From an uncultured Methanosarcinales archaeon (lineage in GTDB: Archaea; Nanobdellota; Nanobdellia; Woesearchaeales; CAIVOO01), in contig CAZAIK010000008.1 in the NCBI GenBank assembly GCA_964485195.1, positions 1 to 55,160 on the forward strand: a stretch of DNA of 55,160 nt, given 5' to 3'. Below the pieces are notes generated by a model. The model made no database searches, was not told the DNA's origin, and saw nothing but the letters and a program-made list of their open reading frames with translations. Shown piece after piece: positions 1-9,101 of the stretch. How positions within the stretch are numbered: position 1 is the stretch's first letter; every line of letters starts with the position of its first letter. The position numbers and the translations under genes are program-made.

Positions 1-25
1 CGCCTGGCGTATGGGTGACCATAAT

Positions 26-955
26 TTAATGTTTTTTCTTTTTTGTAGTCACCTGCTTTGTCATTTTCCTGTACTGTTTTATTAAGAATTTGACTGTCGG
101 TTTCAGATTGTGATTCTTTGAGTATTCCTGTAAGGTGTGGTAATATCCTGTTCTGTCATCAAGAAGTATGTTTATTGGCGGGTAATTGTTTCTTAATAAT
201 ATGAAAATCAGTAACAACCTGCCAACCCTGCCATTTCCGTCCTGGAATGGGTGTATGTGCTCAAACTGGTTGTGGATTATTGCTGCCAAAATCAGCGGCT
301 TGAATTTTTTCTTGTTCTTTTTGTACCATGAAATCATTTCATCCAGCGCAGGTTTTACCTGTGCTGAAGGAATTCCAGTATGCACAATTTCCCCTCTCCT
401 GTTCCTTATTGTAACTTCAACATTTCTTAATTGCCCTGCAAAGCTTTTTGTTCTGTTAAAGCATAGTCTATGCAATTTTTTAATAAGCTCAATAGACAAA
501 TCTTGCTTTGTTTTTCTTATAAAACCAACTGCTTTTGAAACATTTTTTGCTTCAACTTCTTCCTCATTCTCGGGGATTTTATTTTTTTCTATTATCTCCT
601 TCACTTCTTCAAGGTTTACTGTGGAGCCCTCTATCGCATTAGTGTTGTAAACAAATTCCTCTGTAAATCTCTCCCACTCTTTTTTGTCTAAATGATGTAT
701 CTTTATCTCATCGTCAAGTGAATTAAGGAGTTTAACCTGTTTTTTTGTGAGTGAAAAATTAAATATTTCCGTGCTTAACTCTTCTAATTCTTCTGCAATT
801 GCCTGTTTTGCTTCAATCTCTGCTTTTTTAAGCTCTTCAGGAGAAAGATTTAGCCCTAAATACCTTCTTATCTTTTTAACAACTCCTTTTTCCCTGTAAG
901 AATAGACAAGGTAATACTTTATGCCTTTACCGTACCTTCTTTTTTCTATGAACAT
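26..955 (-). CDS. Fic-domain protein with N-terminal extension
   Basis: Canonical Fic motif HPFQDGNGRVGR and the conserved YNTNAIEGS segment. Confidence 0.92.
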   Translation of the reverse strand: MFIEKRRYGKGIKYYLVYSYREKGVVKKIRRYLGLNLSPEELKKAEIEAKQAIAEELEELSTEIFNFSLTKKQVKLLNSLDDEIKIHHLDKKEWERFTEEFVYNTNAIEGSTVNLEEVKEIIEKNKIPENEEEVEAKNVSKAVGFIRKTKQDLSIELIKKLHRLCFNRTKSFAGQLRNVEVTIRNRRGEIVHTGIPSAQVKPALDEMISWYKKNKKKFKPLILAAIIHNQFEHIHPFQDGNGRVGRLLLIFILLRNNYPPINILLDDRTGYYHTLQEYSKNHNLKPTVKFLIKQYRKMTKQVTTKKKKH

Positions 956-965
956 ATGATATTAA

Positions 966-1006
966 AGGTGTCCACATTTATAAACATTTGTATTTTGTGG
1001 TCACCT
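966..1006. promoter_or_regulatory. Inverted repeat around the TATA box of the Fic gene
   Basis: aggtgtccaca (966-976) and tgtggtcacct (996-1006) are 10/11 complementary and flank tttataaa (977-984). Confidence 0.6.
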
Positions 1007-1123
1007 AGAAGTTTCCCGCCAAAAGATGCCAAAGCTGTCCAGTCGCCGCCTGGAATATTGGAAGATTCAGGCTCGATACGCCAAAAGAAAGGGAAACATT
1101 GGTTTTGCTTATAAAGAAAATAG

Positions 1124-1774
1124 TTATTTAAGGGAGTCTCTTAAACATTTGGATTTCAAGAAATTATTATCTAAAATGAAGAAGGGATGTCTTTTACGAA
1201 GATCATAAGAGTAACCTTTTACTGGTGCAGAACTACAAACCTTTATCTTGTTCTTCTTTATAAGATCCATAGCTGGGATGAAATCAGCATCTCCTGATAT
1301 TAAGGTACACACATCACATTTCTTATTGATTATTGTATGTGTAATCATATCAATAGCAATCATAACATCAATACCTTTTTCTTTGTTCTGAATTCTTCCC
1401 ATATAATTAGTCAGTGATGTTTTTGCTAATGGCATACACGTTTCGCAAAGTTCAGAGCCATCAAACTTTGTATGAATTTTCTTAAGGATTTCTTTAGTGG
1501 ACTGGCTCTGCAACTTTCTAGTTTTAACCTCAAAGAGAGGAGTTTTTTCAATTTTTTTCAAAAATTTTAAGTGGTTGAAATATTGCTCTTGCCCATCTCT
1601 TATGTTTGGGATTGAATTATAATAAACAACTTTTTTAGGGGTTGCTCCAAGGAATTCACAAACTTCCGTGACTAACTTTTTTAAATCAATATCTGAAGGG
1701 TTTAATCCATTGTCTTTTAGAAGATGATATAAGTTATTTCCATCTATAAATAGAATTGCATTTTCCTTTTGCAT
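1124..1774 (-). CDS. NYN (LabA/DUF88-like, PIN fold) ribonuclease
   Basis: FIDGNN, EKGIDVMIAIDM and LISGDADFIP motifs; start taken at the ATG of MQKENAILF. Confidence 0.9.
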   Translation of the reverse strand: MQKENAILFIDGNNLYHLLKDNGLNPSDIDLKKLVTEVCEFLGATPKKVVYYNSIPNIRDGQEQYFNHLKFLKKIEKTPLFEVKTRKLQSQSTKEILKKIHTKFDGSELCETCMPLAKTSLTNYMGRIQNKEKGIDVMIAIDMITHTIINKKCDVCTLISGDADFIPAMDLIKKNKIKVCSSAPVKGYSYDLRKRHPFFILDNNFLKSKCLRDSLK

Positions 1775-1971
1775 ACACCCCAACTTACTTTTATTTGATC
1801 CTATGAGATTATGATAACCCAGCATTCCCCCGCTCGTGGCAGGTTCATACTGGGGACTTAATCTAGTATATATATACAGACATATTTATAAAGATTTTGG
1901 TAATAATGCTAAAAATACTTTATTAACCAAATTTGATGTTTACAAAGCCCTAGGTCAAACTGAGGGGCATA

Positions 1972-4017
1972 TCAATACCTGAATCCTAACTCTTTTCTTG
2001 CGAAGATGTATGCTGCTGTTAATGAAACCATGTCGTGGGCGTTGTGCTCCAGCACGGAATCTATTGGGGTTTCCCCTTTCAGGTGGCTGTGGTAAATCCG
2101 CGGGACCTGCTTTCCCGGGAGGTCTTCCCTTTGGCATCCCAGCATCCTGTCTATCTGGCTGAGCTTTCCGTTTTTGAGCCCGAAACCCCTGGCTGCCTGC
2201 CTCATGCAGTCAGCATAGATATCAACGTGGTTTCTTATCTGAGGTCCTGGCATTATGTTTGCAATGCTTCTCCTGTTTAGCATGTGCGCGTCAAAGCTCC
2301 TGCCGTTGTAGGTTACCATCAGGCTGTTCTTTTTTACGAGTTCGTTTACGTGCAGCAGGAGCGCTGCTTCTTCCCAGGGGTTCCTTGCAAATCCTATTTC
2401 AACCTGAAAGATGTTTCCCTGCCTGTAGGCCACGCCTGCTGATATGATTGAGTCTTTCTTGCTTAGGCCAGTGGTTTCCAGGTCCAGGAACAGCATTGGT
2501 TTGGTGCCTATCCTTCTCGTGTTGTTCCTGACGTATTGTGCAGCTGCAGTGTCTATTTCATCAAGCCCCACTTTGAAAAGCTGGAATGCACCTTCCTCAT
2601 TCTTTTTCTCCCCTCCATTTTTTCCAAACAACCGGGCGTGGTTGCTTTTCATCTGCTCCCCGTCCGCAAGTTTTTGGTTGATGTCTTGCAGTGTTTGTAT
2701 TGCATAATCCATTTTTCCCTTCTGGCTCGGCTTTGATATGAGGTGGGGAGTGTAGGCAGCTGTCCTGAACATCTGCATTAACATCTCCTGGCTTACAGGA
2801 AGTTCCTGTCTTGCGTTTTCCAGCGCACTCTCCAGGCTTTCCTCAAATTCGCTGCTGAGGAATGTCTTGATTCTCTGGTTGCAGGATAATGCTTCTGCAA
2901 CTTCCCTGTCTCTGGGGCCCAGAAGCACTGCCACCCTGGAATCTATTTTTTTCGGCCCGGTTCCGTTCTTCCTGAAGTAAAGGTTTTTGCTGCTGCCAAT
3001 CTCCTGTTTGAGTTTTTCTATATCCTTTGCATTCAGGTTCTTGTAATTCTTGACCTCAACTGCGCAGGGCTCTGCAGAAAGAACCACAACGTCCGGAAGG
3101 AAAAACCCTTCCTCACCTTCCCTGTAAACCCTGCACCCTTTGGAGTTGTAAACCTCTGATATCGGCGCGGGGAAGGTTTCCCTGAACTTTCCTGTCTGGA
3201 ATTCCGCGTTTGGGTCTGTGCTGCCTGTCAGCAGCAGGAGGAACTTGGTCATCTGCTCGCTGAGCTCCCCTATGTTCCAGACTTTTTTCGGCTTTTTGCT
3301 AGCAGCCTTTTTCTGGCCTTTTTCCTGGCGATGTCCGCTGCCAATTTCCTCTCTCGGAATTCCTGTTAACATTGATACGACCTCACTTATTGAAGAGCCT
3401 GTATGATAAGTGTCAGGGTGCCTTGCGATGAATTCCAGTCGGGTGTGCAGGGTTGGGTTGCTTGCCTTTATTCCTGATTTTGAGATGTCTCCTCTTTCAA
3501 AATAGACTGCCTGCAATTCCCCCCTAATGCTTTCAAGGCTTATGTCCTGATGGAAAGTCCTCCTGGCCATCCTTTCGTAAAGATCCGGAACTTCAGGATA
3601 AACAGAGTTTGCAATCTCCCTGAGTGTTTTGTGTCCGTTTTTTCTCTGCCTGCTCAGCTGCGCAGAGTATTGCTTGGGGAACTTTCTGGCGAATTCTGTT
3701 ATGGTGGGCAGCTTTGTTTTCCCTTTTTTCGCCTCGATAACAAGCTCAAGGGGGTACGCCTGCCTGATGCATTCTTCAAGCTCCTCAACAGGCCTTGCGG
3801 CGCAGGCAGGCTGCCATCCTGCTGCTTCTGCAATGGCGGCCGCGCCTCCAAGCCCTTTCTCCTTGGCAATCCTGTACAATGAATTTTCAATGTCCCTGCT
3901 GCCCTTTTCCCTCAGGACGCGAAAATTTACCGGGAAGGCCTTGCAAAACCCTGCCTCTTTGAGAATTCTGTCTACTTCTTTCTTGCTTTCTTCATTTAAC
4001 GCGCACTTTATATCCAA
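1972..4017 (-). CDS. Multidomain nuclease: central PD-(D/E)XK-like motif plus C-terminal RNase_H_2/YprB-like DEDD exonuclease
   Basis: PDVVV...VEVK; FLDLETTGL, VTYNGRSFD, HNAHD. Confidence 0.75.
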   Translation of the reverse strand: MDIKCALNEESKKEVDRILKEAGFCKAFPVNFRVLREKGSRDIENSLYRIAKEKGLGGAAAIAEAAGWQPACAARPVEELEECIRQAYPLELVIEAKKGKTKLPTITEFARKFPKQYSAQLSRQRKNGHKTLREIANSVYPEVPDLYERMARRTFHQDISLESIRGELQAVYFERGDISKSGIKASNPTLHTRLEFIARHPDTYHTGSSISEVVSMLTGIPREEIGSGHRQEKGQKKAASKKPKKVWNIGELSEQMTKFLLLLTGSTDPNAEFQTGKFRETFPAPISEVYNSKGCRVYREGEEGFFLPDVVVLSAEPCAVEVKNYKNLNAKDIEKLKQEIGSSKNLYFRKNGTGPKKIDSRVAVLLGPRDREVAEALSCNQRIKTFLSSEFEESLESALENARQELPVSQEMLMQMFRTAAYTPHLISKPSQKGKMDYAIQTLQDINQKLADGEQMKSNHARLFGKNGGEKKNEEGAFQLFKVGLDEIDTAAAQYVRNNTRRIGTKPMLFLDLETTGLSKKDSIISAGVAYRQGNIFQVEIGFARNPWEEAALLLHVNELVKKNSLMVTYNGRSFDAHMLNRRSIANIMPGPQIRNHVDIYADCMRQAARGFGLKNGKLSQIDRMLGCQREDLPGKQVPRIYHSHLKGETPIDSVLEHNAHDMVSLTAAYIFARKELGFRY

Positions 4018-4026
4018 ACACCCTCT

Positions 4027-5889
4027 TTATTTATGGAGCAGGAGAAGCTGGCTTTTCAGCTCAAGCACCTTGTCAGCGTCCCCCTGGCGCACAGCGCTTT
4101 TTATTTCCTTCTCTATAATCCTCTCCTGTATTTTAATCTTTTGTTTTCTGAGAATGTCTATGCATTCCCTGCTTCTGGCGCTTATGCTGCTTATTTGCGC
4201 GAAAAGTCCTGAGGCATTTCCACTGCTTATCGTAACTCCCATCCCGTTGCAGTAGTTTATAAATTCCTTTTTTAAATCTGTTTCAGACTGCTTTTTCCAG
4301 AGCGGGAGATCTGTTAAAGAATTTTCAGGCTTTAGCAACACATCATCAATGCTTTCAGAGTGAGTCAGGAAGTCAAAGAGCAGGCCCCTTTCAGTTGTGC
4401 TGAAATCCTCGGAACTGAGCTGGCTTGCGGCGAACCTCCTTTCTGTGGGGCTGTAGGCAAGATATGCAAGCGTGGCAAGCTCCCAGTCATTGCTGCCGGA
4501 AGCTCTTTTCCTGTTTTTTTGGGATTCCTTCCATAAATTATAATCCTTCCATAATGTTTCTTTCTTGACGCTGAATCTTTCAGATATGCTCTTTAGGTAA
4601 AGCGCTTCAAGAAGGGGAGAGTTTGTGGCATTGGCAATGATGTAAAGCTCGGGATTTATTGCCCTGATGATTTTGTCAGGATGCTCAGGAATTTCAATGT
4701 TGTCCATCTTGAAGTCTATGAGGTATTGGGGGCTTGAAATGACTCTCCTGAAAGTTTCCCTGTCACCAAGAATGACTTCGTCAGGGTCCTTGCCTTCAGG
4801 CAGCGGGGCCACAAGCGTTTCAAGCCCGTGCTCAAGCAGCTTCATCCCGATTTCTGTTGTCCTGTTGATTCCTGCCTCGTCAGCGTCGAGGCACAGCATA
4901 ACCCTGTTGGTAAGCCTTGAGATAATGTCTGCGTGCCCGTCAGTGAATGATGTTCCTGCAAGGGCAACAACATTCCTGAATCCTCCCTGGTGGGATACTA
5001 TGGCATCAAAATACCCTTCCTCCGCGACAACAGACTTTTGCTTCCTTATCTCCTCTGTTGCCTCGTAAAGCCCGAAAAGCGTGTTTTGCTTCTTGTAAAA
5101 CCTGGTCTCGGGGCTGTTGATGAATTTGGGGACTTCCTTGTCTTTGTCAAGAGCGGGATTTTTCCTTCCGGCAAATGCTATTACCTGCCCTCGCCTGTCC
5201 CTGACGGGAATCATTATCCTGTCCCTGAAAACATCATAATTGCTTGTTCTTCTCTCGTTCCACCTTGCCAGCCCGCAGTCAATTATTTCCTGCGGCGAAA
5301 TGCTGTGCCGGCTCATCAGGTATCCCATAAGCGCGTCCCATTCATTGAGAGCAAGCCCCAGCCCCCACTCTTCTATTGTGTTTTCATTTAGTCCTCTTTT
5401 TTCCCTTAGGTAATGCATCGCCTTGTCAGACAATGTGATTATTTTTGTATCGTGCACTCCTCTCTGATTTGTGAGATGCCTCATAACATTCTCCCCGTTA
5501 TCTGTTTCCGGCTGGAGGATTCCCTGGTAAAACTCTGCTGCATAACTGTATATGTCGTAATAATCCTGCTTTTTTTCTGTTACGCCAGCCCATTGCTTTT
5601 CAAAGGGTATGCCGAACCAGTTGCAGATTTTTTCAACAGACTCCGGGAAGGTGAGGCCTTCCATCCTTTGCACCAGCTGGATGGCTGTTCCCCCGTCTCC
5701 GCAGCCGAAGCATTTGTAGATGTTCTTTCCTGGGTGTATCTTGAATGAGGGCGTCTTCTCATCGTGAAAGGGGCACAATCCCTTGTAGTTTACCCCGTCC
5801 TTTCTCATCTCAGCGTATTTGCTGGCAATTTCAAGAATTGGCGATTCGCCTGCCCTTTGCACTATGTGTTCAGGAATGCGTCCCCCCAT
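4027..5889 (-). CDS. dnaG: Bacterial-type DNA primase (CHC2 zinc finger plus Toprim)
   Basis: CPFHDEKTPSF...CFGC zinc finger, FRDRIMIP, KFINSPET, EGYFD, LDADEAG, GKDPDE. Confidence 0.93.
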   Translation of the reverse strand: MGGRIPEHIVQRAGESPILEIASKYAEMRKDGVNYKGLCPFHDEKTPSFKIHPGKNIYKCFGCGDGGTAIQLVQRMEGLTFPESVEKICNWFGIPFEKQWAGVTEKKQDYYDIYSYAAEFYQGILQPETDNGENVMRHLTNQRGVHDTKIITLSDKAMHYLREKRGLNENTIEEWGLGLALNEWDALMGYLMSRHSISPQEIIDCGLARWNERRTSNYDVFRDRIMIPVRDRRGQVIAFAGRKNPALDKDKEVPKFINSPETRFYKKQNTLFGLYEATEEIRKQKSVVAEEGYFDAIVSHQGGFRNVVALAGTSFTDGHADIISRLTNRVMLCLDADEAGINRTTEIGMKLLEHGLETLVAPLPEGKDPDEVILGDRETFRRVISSPQYLIDFKMDNIEIPEHPDKIIRAINPELYIIANATNSPLLEALYLKSISERFSVKKETLWKDYNLWKESQKNRKRASGSNDWELATLAYLAYSPTERRFAASQLSSEDFSTTERGLLFDFLTHSESIDDVLLKPENSLTDLPLWKKQSETDLKKEFINYCNGMGVTISSGNASGLFAQISSISARSRECIDILRKQKIKIQERIIEKEIKSAVRQGDADKVLELKSQLLLLHK

Positions 5890-5946
5890 AATTGGCAGTA
5901 ATAACAGAACGTTTTAATAGTTTTTGCTTTTTTATAGTGGTTAAAA

Positions 5947-6267
5947 ATGATGTGGAAATTTTTGGAGAGCGTTAAGTTTTACTATGGCCTCAGGGATTCG
6001 CCAGAGCACGCCGGGATAGTTGAGCTGACAAGGCGGATGATTGAGAACATTCCACTGGGGGAGAGGAAGCCCACTCTTGACAAGGTGCTTGTTATTTTGT
6101 CAGGCGAAAATGAAAATCCCTTGTTCAGGGAAGCGGCAGATGATTACAATGAATTCTATTCAGGAATGACTAATGAGCAGTTGTATGATTACGCCAGGTA
6201 TCTTTCTGAATCATTCGGCTTCAGGCCCAGAAGGAAGTCAGTCAGTCTTGATGAAAATTCTTTTTGA
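5947..6267 (+). CDS. Hypothetical protein
   Basis: 106-aa ATG ORF with an upstream TATA-like tttata. Confidence 0.6.
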   Translation: MMWKFLESVKFYYGLRDSPEHAGIVELTRRMIENIPLGERKPTLDKVLVILSGENENPLFREAADDYNEFYSGMTNEQLYDYARYLSESFGFRPRRKSVSLDENSF

Positions 6268-7489
6268 TTGACTCAGCAAGCCTTTTCATTGCAAGAATGT
6301 AAGCGCCTGTCCTGTTATCAGAATCATTTCCTCTTGCTGTCTCAAAAACCCTGAAGGCGCTTTGCCTCATTGTCTTTTCAAGCATTTTGTCAACCTTTTC
6401 AGCATCCCATTTTTCCTTTTTCAGGTTTTGTTGCCATTCATAATACGAGACCGTGACTCCGCCTGCGTTGGCAAGCACGTCGGGAATCACGAAAACGTTG
6501 TTTTTCCTGAGAATCTCGTCTGCCTCTGAAGTGACAGGCCCGTTGGCAAGCTCAACAATTATTTTTGCATTAACCTTGTCAGCGTTTGACTTCGTGATTA
6601 CATTGTGGAGCGCGCTGGGAACCAGGACATCGCAGTCAAGCTCCAGCAGTTCCTCGTTGGTGATTGTTTTTGCGTCAGGAAAATTCTCCAGGCTCCTGTT
6701 TTCCTTCTTGTATTTCATAACTTTTTCCACGTCCAGGCCGTTTTCATCATAAATTCCTGTTCTTGAGTCAGAGACGGCAATAATTTTGCATTTGTCCTGT
6801 CCGACAAGCTGTGAAAAATTCATTCCCGCGTTTCCAAATCCCTGCACAGCAACCCTTGCGTTTGCTAATTGCTTTATTTTGGTGAATCCCTTTTCAACAG
6901 CCTCGCGAAGGGCGAACTGGCCTCCCCTTGCAGTGGCTGCGTCCCTTCCGAGGGAGCCTCCCTGCCCAACTGCCTTGCCTGTGACAACTCCGAGAATTTC
7001 CTGTTTCAGCTTTCCAGTGCATTTTGAGTATTCATCAACAATCCATCCCATAACCTCTGCGTTGGTGTAAACATCTGGGGCTGGAATGTCCTTTTCAGGG
7101 CCGATGACATCTGCAATTGCCCTTGTAAATGCTCTTGTCATCCTTTCCAGTTCGCCTTTTGACATCTCGCTCGGATTGCATATTACGCCTCCCTTTCCTC
7201 CCCCCAGCGGGAGGTTCGTCACTGCGCACTTGATGGTCATCCACATTGCCAGCCCTTTAACCTCGTCTAAAGAAACATCCCAGTGGTATCTTACGCCTCC
7301 CTTGTAAGGCCCTCTTGAATTGTTGTGCTGAACCCTGAAACCCTGAAAAATTTTAATGCTGTTGTCGTCCATTCTCACAGGGAATGAAACACTAACCTCC
7401 CTCTGCGGGTTTAATAAAATACCAGTTATCCAGCTTTCAAGGTTTGTAATGCCTGCAATCTCCCTGATTAATTCGTCCTTTTTTTCCAT
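6242..7489 (-). CDS. gdhA: Glutamate dehydrogenase (Glu/Leu/Phe/Val family)
   Basis: RGPYKGGVRY, LGGGKGG, DIPAPDV, QGFGNAG, PDVLANAGGV. Confidence 0.95.
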   Translation of the reverse strand: MEKKDELIREIAGITNLESWITGILLNPQREVSVSFPVRMDDNSIKIFQGFRVQHNNSRGPYKGGVRYHWDVSLDEVKGLAMWMTIKCAVTNLPLGGGKGGVICNPSEMSKGELERMTRAFTRAIADVIGPEKDIPAPDVYTNAEVMGWIVDEYSKCTGKLKQEILGVVTGKAVGQGGSLGRDAATARGGQFALREAVEKGFTKIKQLANARVAVQGFGNAGMNFSQLVGQDKCKIIAVSDSRTGIYDENGLDVEKVMKYKKENRSLENFPDAKTITNEELLELDCDVLVPSALHNVITKSNADKVNAKIIVELANGPVTSEADEILRKNNVFVIPDVLANAGGVTVSYYEWQQNLKKEKWDAEKVDKMLEKTMRQSAFRVFETARGNDSDNRTGAYILAMKRLAESIKKNFHQD

Positions 7490-8068
7490 CTAAACCAGCT
7501 CCACTACCTTCCCCGCCCTTTCTGCGAATACTTGGGCCTGAAAAGTGTAAATGTTATTGGTCATTCCCTTCCAGGCGTCCATAGTCATTCCTGCTGAGAT
7601 GCACAAGTGCCTTAAGACCCTTTCCACGTCCCAGCCGTAGCGCATTTCAGGATTGGGAAGCATCACTGCCCTGTAAATCCCTGCCTGCATCATCAGGCCG
7701 TCAGCCTCAGGGCTTATTAATTCAGAGTACTCTTCATAATTATTAACCCTCAGCAGTTTGGCATTGTAAAGCACCGCGACCTCTACCTGTATTTCCTGGA
7801 TTTCATCCTCATTCACAGGGTCAAACCTTTTGTCGTGGAAAGCTGCGTCCCTCGCCGCCTTCAGCACGGCCTTGTAAAGGGGGTCCTTTGTCTCAACAGT
7901 TCCCATCTGCCCCCTCAGCTCCTTTTCCTTTTTCAGCGTGACAAAGATGCCCTGGCTCTGGTCAAACCTCTTGTATGGCTCAAGATTCAAGGGCTGGTTG
8001 AACAGCAAGGTTTCTATTGCGTGCCTGGCAAGCTCCACAATCTCAACACCTTCATCGTGGGTCAGCAT
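7490..8068 (-). CDS. AMMECR1-domain protein (divergent)
   Basis: GIFVTL...LRGQMG, AAFHDKRF, C-terminal FQAQVFAE. Confidence 0.85.
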   Translation of the reverse strand: MLTHDEGVEIVELARHAIETLLFNQPLNLEPYKRFDQSQGIFVTLKKEKELRGQMGTVETKDPLYKAVLKAARDAAFHDKRFDPVNEDEIQEIQVEVAVLYNAKLLRVNNYEEYSELISPEADGLMMQAGIYRAVMLPNPEMRYGWDVERVLRHLCISAGMTMDAWKGMTNNIYTFQAQVFAERAGKVVELV

Positions 8069-8150
8069 TTGTTCATTCCTCCTTTTTAGGTTTATAAATG
8101 TATTCTAAAAATTTGATAAACTTTTTATATAAACAAGATTTCAGCAGCTC

Positions 8151-8504
8151 ATGGGGGACACAAGATTATCAGACTATCAGGAATTCTGCAAGAAAACTGC
8201 AAAAGCTTTTGACTCAGGGGAAAAGGAAATCATGACCTGGGGCTTGGGCATTGCTGGCGAGGCAGGGGATGTTGCATCCTGCATAAAGAAGACAGTTATG
8301 CACAAGAATGACAAGAGGGATGGCATAAAGGAGAACCTGGGGGACACCTTGTGGTATCTTGCGATGATTTGCAATTTTTACGGCTGGGACTTGCAGGAGG
8401 TTCTGGAGCAGAATGTTGAAAAGCTGAAGAAAAGATATCCAAAAGGGTTCTCATTCAGGGACGCCCGGAGAAACGGCACGATGATAGACTGGAACGAGTC
8501 CTGA
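8151..8504 (+). CDS. MazG-like nucleotide pyrophosphohydrolase
   Basis: LGIAGEAGDV, ENLGDTLWYL, NVEKLKKRYP. Confidence 0.88.
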   Translation: MGDTRLSDYQEFCKKTAKAFDSGEKEIMTWGLGIAGEAGDVASCIKKTVMHKNDKRDGIKENLGDTLWYLAMICNFYGWDLQEVLEQNVEKLKKRYPKGFSFRDARRNGTMIDWNES

Positions 8505-8556
8505 CTTTGGTTTCTTTTACTTCTAAAAATAAGATAATGCATAAGATAATGCTTTA

Positions 8557-8728
8557 CTTCCTGCATTAAGCTTTACCCCTTTGCAGCTTCTTCTGCTTGA
8601 TTGCCATGCAGGAATTAAGAATATGTTCGTGGATGGCAGCCATTCTGCTGTCTGTCATAATTTACTCCTAAAGCAGTTCTGGCAATGAGGCAGAGGATCA
8701 GGCAAACAAAGCAAGATTAAGAACTGCC
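8557..8728 (-). ncRNA. Putative structured ncRNA or dispersed element, copy A
   Basis: Shares three colinear blocks with 21396-21530; closing hairpin TTCCTGCAT...ATGCAGGAA; TATA-like ttataaaa at 8752-8745. Confidence 0.45.
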
Positions 8729-8787
8729 ATATTCAACAGTTTAATTTTATAATGAAAATTAATTAAACCATAAAATTATCAGAGAAT

Positions 8788-9048
8788 TCACTTGAAGGCT
8801 TTCTTGAACTTGTCCAGGTCCTTCTTTGCCCTCTTGATCGCTTCCTTGACAGCTGTCTTTGCCTCCTCTTTTGTTCCTGTCTCAACAACAAGGTTGGGCT
8901 TGCCTATCAGAGGGTGCTTAACCTTCAGCCCGGCAGTCTTCACATTGTCATCATTCCACAGCTCCCTTTCAATGAGGCTGGCTATGGTCTGGCTGTCCAG
9001 CTCTATGACAATCTTCCTTTTGTTGTCCTCCAGTATCTTGACTTCCAT
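8788..9048 (-). CDS. rpoL: DNA-directed RNA polymerase subunit L (Rpo11)
   Basis: 86 aa; MEVKILE..., TIASLIERELW, HPLIGKPNLVVET pattern of archaeal RpoL. Confidence 0.85.
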   Translation of the reverse strand: MEVKILEDNKRKIVIELDSQTIASLIERELWNDDNVKTAGLKVKHPLIGKPNLVVETGTKEEAKTAVKEAIKRAKKDLDKFKKAFK

Positions 9049-9101
9049 TCTGAAAGGATTTTAAGGCAGGGTTTATAAATGTTGTTGTGTTTTTGGTGCA
9101 T

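Noticed and set aside
1026..1208. 60-aa ORF and the many antisense ORFs in the track
   Set aside because: They overlap better-supported genes on the opposite strand and carry no recognisable motifs.
8558..8614. GAA-containing hairpin as a SECIS element
   Set aside because: No neighbouring gene has an in-frame TGA suggesting selenocysteine, and copy B is not in a 3' UTR.
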